From positions 1,760,001 to 1,824,000 of the forward strand of contig CBDEGZ010000003.1 of the NCBI GenBank assembly GCA_965238175.1: 64,000 nt of DNA, read 5' to 3'. Positions 57,560 to 64,000 of this stretch are shown here, piece by piece. The notes beneath the pieces were generated by a model. It searched no databases and was not told the origin of the DNA. It saw only the letters and a list, made by a program, of their open reading frames with translations. The translations under genes and the position numbers were made by a program. Every line of letters begins with the position of its first letter. Position 1 is the stretch's first letter. This DNA comes from Gammaproteobacteria bacterium (GTDB taxonomy: Bacteria; Pseudomonadota; Gammaproteobacteria; CAJXQU01).

Positions 57560-58771
57560 TTGAGCCCAACTCAAAACCCACGCGTTCTATCAGGGATGCG
57601 CCCTACAGGTCGTTTACACCTGGGTCACTATCATGGCGTATTAAAAAACTGGATCGAGCTTCAAACTCAGTATGAGTGCTTCTTTTTTGTGGCTGACTGG
57701 CATGCGCTGACCACCGCTTACGACGATACTGGAATTATTGCTGATAGTGTTTGGGATATGGTGATCGATTGGTTGGCTGCCGGGGTTAATCCTAGTCAAT
57801 CAACACTCTTTATTCAATCACGCGTTCCAGAGCATGCAGAGTTGCATTTATTACTTTCTATGCACACGCCTTTAGGTTGGTTAGAACGCGTTCCGACCTA
57901 TAAAGACCAGCAAGAGAAACTAAAAGAGAAGGATCTGACAACCTATGGATTCTTAGGTTATCCATTGTTGCAATCTGCGGATATTTTGATCTACCGGGCG
58001 GGTAAGGTTCCTGTCGGTGAAGATCAAGTTGTGCATGTCGAATTGACTCGTGAAGTTGCACGACGATTTAACCATCTATACGGTAAAGAAGTAGGTTTTG
58101 AAGAAAAGGCCGAGACAGCAGCAAAGAAAATGGGAAAGAAAAATGCACGTCTTTATTTCAATCTTCGTAAGCAATTTCAAGAAAAAGGTGATACTGAATC
58201 ATTGGAAAAGGCACGTGCTTTATTAGCCGCACAGCAGAATATTAGCATCGGTGATCAGGATCGCCTATCAGGTTATTTGGAAGGTGGTGGTAGGGTTATT
58301 TTGCCGGAGCCAGAAGCTTTATTGACACCGCAATCTAAAATGCCTGGGTTAGATGGTCAGAAAATGTCTAAGTCATATGGTAATACGATTGGTTTGCGAG
58401 AAAGTCCTGAATCTGTCACGCAAAAGTTACGCACTATGCCGACGGATCCTGCCAGAGTAAAATTGACTGATCCGGGTGAACCGGCCAAATGTCCAGTTTG
58501 GCAATTGCATGAGGTTTATTCAAATGATGAAGTTAAAACCTGGGCTAGTGAAGGTTGTCGAACTGCTGCAATGGGCTGCCTTGATTGCAAGCAGCCTTTG
58601 ATAGATGCAGTAATAAAAGAGCAAGAACCGATCCACGCTCGTGCTGAAGAATATACTTCTGATCCCGAATTAGTCAGAAATGTGATCAATGAAGGTTGTG
58701 AAAAAGCCCGTGATGCTGCGCGTGATACGATGGAAGAGGTTAGGCAGTGTATGGGTTTGGTTTATAAGTGA
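57560..58771 (+). CDS. trpS: Tryptophan--tRNA ligase
   Basis: SGMRPTGRLHLGH (HIGH), YPLLQSADIL, KMSKS. Confidence 0.97.
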   Translation: MSPTQNPRVLSGMRPTGRLHLGHYHGVLKNWIELQTQYECFFFVADWHALTTAYDDTGIIADSVWDMVIDWLAAGVNPSQSTLFIQSRVPEHAELHLLLSMHTPLGWLERVPTYKDQQEKLKEKDLTTYGFLGYPLLQSADILIYRAGKVPVGEDQVVHVELTREVARRFNHLYGKEVGFEEKAETAAKKMGKKNARLYFNLRKQFQEKGDTESLEKARALLAAQQNISIGDQDRLSGYLEGGGRVILPEPEALLTPQSKMPGLDGQKMSKSYGNTIGLRESPESVTQKLRTMPTDPARVKLTDPGEPAKCPVWQLHEVYSNDEVKTWASEGCRTAAMGCLDCKQPLIDAVIKEQEPIHARAEEYTSDPELVRNVINEGCEKARDAARDTMEEVRQCMGLVYK

Positions 58772-58781
58772 GTCCAAACAA

Positions 58782-59657
58782 GTGACTAATCACCAAGAAC
58801 AAAAATCATTAGAAGATCCAGCCTTATCAGAAGAGCATGATCTGACTGATTCCGAGCAAACTCAAAACCGAAATCCTGCACAGACTGAAATGCCATTCGC
58901 AATTGTTCAAGGTCAAGCAGTTACTATTCCACCTAAGGATTTATACATTCCTCCAGAAGCATTGGAAGTTTTTCTCGAAGCCTTTGAAGGGCCTTTGGAC
59001 TTACTCTTGTATTTGATCAAAAAGCAGAATCTGGACATTCTCGATATACCTATCGCTAAGATCACAAAGCAATATATGAATTACATCGAAGCGATGACAG
59101 ATATCAAACTTGAACTTGCTGCTGAATATCTGGTGATGGCAGCAATGTTGGCAGAAATCAAATCTCGCATGCTATTACCGAGACCAAATGAGGATGAACA
59201 GGAAGAAGATGATCCGCGTGCAGAATTAGTCCGTCGTTTACAAGAATATGAGCGTTATAAAAAAGCGGCTGAAGAAATTGATGAAATGCCAAGGTTGGAA
59301 AGAGAGATCCGATCAGCAGTGATTTCTTTTCCGTATAAAAACCAAGATAGACCTTTACCAGAAGTGTCATTAGATGCCATTTTGAAAGCCTTTGGTGAAG
59401 TGATGTCCCGGGCTGAAATGTATACAAATCATCAAATAGCGCGCGAACCACTTTCTGTTCGAGAGAGAATGAGTATTGTCTTGGATGTGGTTAAGGGTGA
59501 TGAGTTTATTGAATTTACCCAATTGTTTAGGCCGGAAGAAGGGCGTGCTGGTGTAGTGGTTTCACTGCTGGCAATATTAGAATTATTGAAGGAAACCTTG
59601 ATCGAAATGATACAAAACGAACCTGAAGGTGCAATTTATCTGAGAGCAGCAGCATGA
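58782..59657 (+). CDS. scpA: Segregation and condensation protein A
   Basis: FEGPLDLLLYLI, IKSRMLLP, LAILEL; probable GTG start 58782 (ORF extends to 58689). Confidence 0.93.
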   Translation: MTNHQEQKSLEDPALSEEHDLTDSEQTQNRNPAQTEMPFAIVQGQAVTIPPKDLYIPPEALEVFLEAFEGPLDLLLYLIKKQNLDILDIPIAKITKQYMNYIEAMTDIKLELAAEYLVMAAMLAEIKSRMLLPRPNEDEQEEDDPRAELVRRLQEYERYKKAAEEIDEMPRLEREIRSAVISFPYKNQDRPLPEVSLDAILKAFGEVMSRAEMYTNHQIAREPLSVRERMSIVLDVVKGDEFIEFTQLFRPEEGRAGVVVSLLAILELLKETLIEMIQNEPEGAIYLRAAA

Positions 59658-60325
59658 GCGAAAAGAATAGTTTACAGATAAAAAATATCCTCGAAGCAGC
59701 AATGATGGTGGCTGATGAACCATTGAGTATTGATCGCCTGTTAGGTTTATTCAGTGAAGATGCAGGAGATCCACCTGAACAAAAGCAGATAAAAGATGCG
59801 CTAGAAAGTCTTGATCAAGACTATGCCGACAGAGGAATAGAATTAAAGCAGGTAGCGAGTGGTTATCGGTTGCAGGCAAAAAGTGAAGTTACGAAATGGG
59901 TCAACCGACTCTGGGTAGAACGACCTGCAAAATATACCCGAGCCTTATTAGAAACCCTCGCCATTATTGCCTATCGGCAGCCGATCACAAGGGGTGAAAT
60001 TGAATCAATCCGGGGTGTCAGTGTTAGCAGTAATGTCGTTAAAACCTTACTTGAAAGGGAATGGATTAAAGTTGCCGGACATAGAGACGTGCCCGGTCGC
60101 CCGGCCGTATTTGCTACAACACGTCACTTCCTCGACTATTTTAATCTCAAAAGTTTGTCAGAATTGCCTACCTTGGCTGAGCTGAGAGATCTGGATGAAA
60201 TTGCGACAGATCTATTTCAGGAACCATTTGATTCTGTAACCAAACCAATTCAAGAAAATGAACCTGAAGTTACAATTCATGAAGATGATCAAGAAGAAGA
60301 CAGTGACAAGAGTGCTTCAGTATAA
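59654..60325 (+). CDS. scpB: Segregation and condensation protein B
   Basis: ALLETLAIIAYRQPITRGEIE.IRGV, PGRP, FLDYFNL. Confidence 0.95.
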   Translation: MSEKNSLQIKNILEAAMMVADEPLSIDRLLGLFSEDAGDPPEQKQIKDALESLDQDYADRGIELKQVASGYRLQAKSEVTKWVNRLWVERPAKYTRALLETLAIIAYRQPITRGEIESIRGVSVSSNVVKTLLEREWIKVAGHRDVPGRPAVFATTRHFLDYFNLKSLSELPTLAELRDLDEIATDLFQEPFDSVTKPIQENEPEVTIHEDDQEEDSDKSASV

Positions 60326-60363
60326 TTACTCACTAAAATCATTTCTGAAAAATCAATATGCGT

Positions 60364-60455
60364 CATGTGGATCCACCAATGCCTTAACAGTATGGTTATT
60401 TGGTTCTGGGTTTGCAGCATTGTGTGGGTTGAGAAGGCGTAAAGAAGCCGTATAA
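60364..60455 (+). pseudogene. Remnant VPLPA/PEP-CTERM-like sorting signal
   Basis: Encodes ...VWLFGSGFAALCGLRRRKEAV* with no intact upstream gene. Confidence 0.5.
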
Positions 60456-60490
60456 AAAAGTTTATATATATAATTAACTAAAGATTATTT

Positions 60491-60567
60491 TGGCGTCCCC
60501 GGCAGGATTCGAACCTGCGACCTTTCGCTTAGGAGGCAAACGCTCTATCCAGCTGAGCTACGGGGAC
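60491..60567 (-). tRNA. tRNA-Arg(CCU)
   Basis: 77-nt cloverleaf GTCCCCGTAGCTCAGCTGGATAGAGCGTTTGC-CT-CCT-AA-GCGAA...GGTTCGAATCCTGCCGGGGACGCCA. Confidence 0.95.
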
Positions 60568-60572
60568 ATAAT

Positions 60573-61274
60573 TTATTTTAGCGATTCTTGCATTCGAGTA
60601 TAGATCTTTTTAGCCAGTTCTTGGGCTTGATCAAGTTCATGTTGTGTCATTTTTGAACTTAGTATTTGTTGGCTCGTTTCTGCTTGCTCATTTCCTGATA
60701 GTGAGGCGATGGAGTACCAGGCAAAGGCCAACTCACTATCTTGTCTAACTCCTAATCCCTGATTATAAAAATTAGCCAAGTTGTGTTGTGCTTCAGGAAT
60801 ACCCTGTTTTGCTGCAAGTTTTAGCCATTTGACTGATTTCACAAGATCTTTTTCCACAAGCTCGCCTTGTTGGTATGCGACTGCCAGATAAAACTGAGCT
60901 TCTGGACTACCTTGGACAGCGGCTTTTTCAAACCAACTGATTGCAGTGGCAGGATCTTTTTTGGTTCCGAAACCTTCATTGTAGGCCAGCCCAGTTTTAA
61001 ATTGTGCTTTTGAATGTCCTTGTATTGCACTCATTAGAAACCATTGGAATGATTTTTCTTTATCCGGCTCCGCTCCTTGACCTCCAGCATACATATTTGC
61101 CAGGTAGTATTGAGCGACAGGATCGGTTTCTGCAAGCCTTTCAAAAGCGCTAAAAGCCGCGTGATAGTCTTGTGCGTTGTAAAGCGCTATTGCCGAGTCA
61201 GTATCACTTGCTGCGTTGGCAAAATGAGATTGTCCGAGAGAAAAGGTTAGAAATAAAAAGAATGTTCGTAACAT
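60573..61274 (-). CDS. Exported Sel1-repeat protein
   Basis: Repeated AQxxLxxxYxxGxG...A..W..AAxQG; signal peptide. Confidence 0.9.
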   Translation of the reverse strand: MLRTFFLFLTFSLGQSHFANAASDTDSAIALYNAQDYHAAFSAFERLAETDPVAQYYLANMYAGGQGAEPDKEKSFQWFLMSAIQGHSKAQFKTGLAYNEGFGTKKDPATAISWFEKAAVQGSPEAQFYLAVAYQQGELVEKDLVKSVKWLKLAAKQGIPEAQHNLANFYNQGLGVRQDSELAFAWYSIASLSGNEQAETSQQILSSKMTQHELDQAQELAKKIYTRMQESLK

Positions 61275-61363
61275 TTAATTGTTTTGCCCAAATTTGATAT
61301 GGAGATTATACAGTATCAAGGTTAGGGATAATTGAATTTGAGACAATTAAATATGGGCTAAGA

Positions 61364-62589
61364 TGTAGAAGTTTAGACCCAATCTGACACATCACTAAAT
61401 CAAGCGGAGCGTAGCGACGCTTGATTTAGTGAGAGTTACCCGCTTTGATGTAACTGCAACGTAAACATCAAAACACAAAGAGGTAACTCTCATGATTCAT
61501 ACTAATGACAAAGTTATAAAACATAAAGTTGGTCTACTCAATCTCGCTGAAGAACTCGGCAATGTCTCAAAAGCCTGCAAGATGATGGGTTTGTCCAGAG
61601 ATACATTTTATCGCTACAAAGAAGCGGCTGATGAAGGCGGTGTAGAAGCCTTGTTTGATCGTAATCGGCGTACCCCAAATCTTAAAAACAGAATCGACCC
61701 GGCTATTGAAACCGTTGTGCTCGAGTATGCACTGGAAGAGCCCGCACATGGTCAAACGCGCACCAGTAACGAGCTGCGCAAACGGGGAACATTTGTCTCA
61801 CCCAGTGGCGTTCGTTGTATCTGGCTTCGTCATGGTCTTGCTTGCTTTAAAGATCGCCTGAAGGCATTGTCTGATAAGGTAGCTGGTGAAGGCTTGATCC
61901 TCACTGAGTCTCAAGTCGCGGCGATGGAACGCAAAAAAGACGACGATGAGGCTTGTGGCGAGATAGAAACGGCACACCCTGGTTATCTTGGCTCGCAAGA
62001 TACTTACTATGTCGGTACTTTCAAAGGCATTGGTCGGGTTTATCAACAAACGTTTGTTGATACTTACAGCAAGGTCGCTCACGCGAAACTGTACCCGACT
62101 AAAACACCGATTACGGCAGCTGACATGCTCAATGACCGCGTCCTCCCATTCTACGAAGAACAACGTTTGCCTATGTTGCGCATTTTGACAGATAGAGGGA
62201 CGGAGTATTGTGGGCGAGCTGACCAGCATGATTATCAGCTTTATATGGCGTTGAACAATATCGAACACACCAAAACCAAGGTCAAATCACCTCAGACGAA
62301 TGGTATTTGTGAGCGATTCCATAAGACGATCCTCAATGAGTTTTATCAAGTCGCTTTGCGTAAGAAAATTTACCAATCGATTGATGAACTGCAACTCGAC
62401 CTTGACGAATGGTTGCTCAAATACAATACTCAACGAACTCACCAAGGCAAAATGTGCTGCGGGAGGACGCCGATGGAAACACTCATCGACGGACAAGCTA
62501 TCTGGAAGGAAAAGTTTGTGAATTAAACTTAACCTGACAGTCGGTTACTGATAATTGGGTAACTGTCAGATCAAATCTGAATTTCTACA
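61364..62589 (+). mobile_element. IS481-family insertion sequence
   Basis: TGT...ACA ends, 26-bp imperfect IRs (20/26), flanked by direct repeat GCTAAGA (61357-61363, 62590-62596). Confidence 0.9.
61492..62526 (+). CDS. IS481-family transposase
   Basis: GNVSKACKMMGLSRDTFYRY HTH, QDTY, TDRGTEY, PQTNGICERF DDE core. Confidence 0.95.
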   Translation: MIHTNDKVIKHKVGLLNLAEELGNVSKACKMMGLSRDTFYRYKEAADEGGVEALFDRNRRTPNLKNRIDPAIETVVLEYALEEPAHGQTRTSNELRKRGTFVSPSGVRCIWLRHGLACFKDRLKALSDKVAGEGLILTESQVAAMERKKDDDEACGEIETAHPGYLGSQDTYYVGTFKGIGRVYQQTFVDTYSKVAHAKLYPTKTPITAADMLNDRVLPFYEEQRLPMLRILTDRGTEYCGRADQHDYQLYMALNNIEHTKTKVKSPQTNGICERFHKTILNEFYQVALRKKIYQSIDELQLDLDEWLLKYNTQRTHQGKMCCGRTPMETLIDGQAIWKEKFVN

Positions 62590-62620
62590 GCTAAGATTTA
62601 ATTTAATATGCTGTTTTAAT

Positions 62621-63688
62621 TTAGCTATCTGCCAATGTTTTTTTATTTTTGGTTGCTTCGGGGGAGCCTTGTTGTGCAGCTTTTGAAAACCAGGAAAGTG
62701 CTTTTTGAGGATCTTTTTCAACACCAGATCCCGTTGCATACAAGTAACCTACGTAGTTTTGTGCTTCAATGTTACCTGCAGTTGCCGCTCTTAAATACCA
62801 TTTTACTGCAATAGATTGATTTCCTTTAATTATCTTCCCTTCATCGTAGAGTTTGGCTAATGTTATTTGTGCGCTGACATTATCTTGATCTGCAGCTTTA
62901 TTCAACCAATTGATTGCTGGATCAATATTCCCTGATGCTGAGTTTTCGTTTAAAAGTAACAATCCATAGTTATATTGTGCTTTTGGATTACCTGCACGTG
63001 CTGTTTTTTCATACAAGCTTTTCGCTAAGCTTGGATTTTTTGCTACGCCGGTACCGGTGGCATAAGAATGAGCGAGGTTATATTGTGCTTGGACGATTTT
63101 CGCATTAGCTGCTTTTTCCGTCCAGATAAAAGCATGTTCAAGATTTTTCTTTAGTACTTTCCCAGTACGATAAAGATTACCTATATGGAATTGCGCGATA
63201 GGAAGTCCTTTGTTTGCTAACCCATGCAGGCGACTAACTGCATCTCTATTACCACTTTGGGCTGCTTTGCCGTACCAACGCGCTGCTTTTTTTTCATCAA
63301 CTTCAGTTCCTTCACCTGTTTGATAAAGAACTGCCAGATTATATTGAGCTTTACTGTTCCCATTTTTAGCACCAGCTTGATACCACTTAATAGCTTGCGC
63401 CTTGTCCGGGGTAACACCATCACCATTGTCGTACATCAGACCCAAAGCGAATTGTGCTCTGTTGTCATCTTTATTGGCGAGATCTTCAAAAATACTGATC
63501 GCTTTCTCGAATTCACTATTCTTATAGGCGGTAACTCCTTCAACAAAATCAGCTTTTGATATGCCAGAGAAGATTAGAAGCGTACTAAAAATGATTATTT
63601 TTGTGAATAGATCCATAAACAATATTTTTGAACAAATGTAATTGAGTTTATCGGCAGTTAAGCGAACTAGCATAGACTGATGCAGCAA
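62621..63688 (-). CDS. Exported Sel1-repeat protein (probable start at internal MDLFTK)
   Basis: Multiple Sel1 repeats; signal peptide after the internal Met. Confidence 0.9.
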   Translation of the reverse strand: MLHQSMLVRLTADKLNYICSKILFMDLFTKIIIFSTLLIFSGISKADFVEGVTAYKNSEFEKAISIFEDLANKDDNRAQFALGLMYDNGDGVTPDKAQAIKWYQAGAKNGNSKAQYNLAVLYQTGEGTEVDEKKAARWYGKAAQSGNRDAVSRLHGLANKGLPIAQFHIGNLYRTGKVLKKNLEHAFIWTEKAANAKIVQAQYNLAHSYATGTGVAKNPSLAKSLYEKTARAGNPKAQYNYGLLLLNENSASGNIDPAINWLNKAADQDNVSAQITLAKLYDEGKIIKGNQSIAVKWYLRAATAGNIEAQNYVGYLYATGSGVEKDPQKALSWFSKAAQQGSPEATKNKKTLADS

Positions 63689-63789
63689 ACGTGCCTGAAA
63701 TGTCCCAGATAGTCAGATTATTTAGTTAATCAAAAATATTGTTGTTGTCACGATTATTTATAGTTGTGTTTAGCTTTAATTTTTGGCCT

Positions 63790-64000
63790 CTAATAAGTGA
63801 GATTTTCGATAAAGTGATCTAGTCGTGACTGACTTTTTTGATCAAAATAGAGAAATTTTAGCCCAATACGCATATTTTCTTCATCGGCTTTATCTATCGC
63901 TTGAATTGCACAATCGAAGCTACATTCAGATAATTTATTCATATATGGCAAAGCTATCTTTATTTCATAGATATCATTATTGGTTTTTTTTGCGGAGGGA
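63790..64000 (-). CDS. PilZ-like protein, 3' part (5' end outside window)
   Basis: Open frame to window edge reading ...EIKIALP...CAIQAI...RIGLKFLYFDQKSQSRLDHFIENLTY*. Confidence 0.55.
   Translation of the reverse strand, partial: PSAKKTNNDIYEIKIALPYMNKLSECSFDCAIQAIDKADEENMRIGLKFLYFDQKSQSRLDHFIENLTY

Overview
AT-rich gammaproteobacterial chromosome segment. The left ~21.9 kb is the right-hand part of a composite genomic island integrated at the 3' end of an unusual tRNA-Arg(UCG); its left boundary lies outside the window. The island carries three tyrosine recombinases, an internal attP-like site (tRNA-Glu 3' fragment flanked by arm repeats), ardA and klcB-like anti-defence genes, an RloC-like ATPase, a nucleotidyltransferase-HTH pair, an orphan pseudopilin and many hypothetical proteins. 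The rest is mostly core genome: ycgR-flgNMA/cheV-cheR with sigma28 and sigma54 promoters, pqiAABC, exbB-exbD-exbD-tonB, purB, tesA-ybbAP, dapE, bolA-yciI-ispZ, an FMN-binding/PepSY operon with Fur-box-like sites, yciO-S2P-trpS-scpAB and tRNA-Arg(CCU). Insertions into the core are an IS1111-type IS110 element whose guide-like RNA segments and an empty target copy can be read from the sequence, an IS481, a methyltransferase between direct repeats, and a dam + PD-(D/E)XK nuclease + wHTH-TIR cassette. The best candidates for undescribed systems are the dam-nuclease-TIR cassette and a promoter enclosed by 18-bp inverted sites beside a small tyrosine recombinase. All family calls come from motif recognition by eye; no database searches were run.
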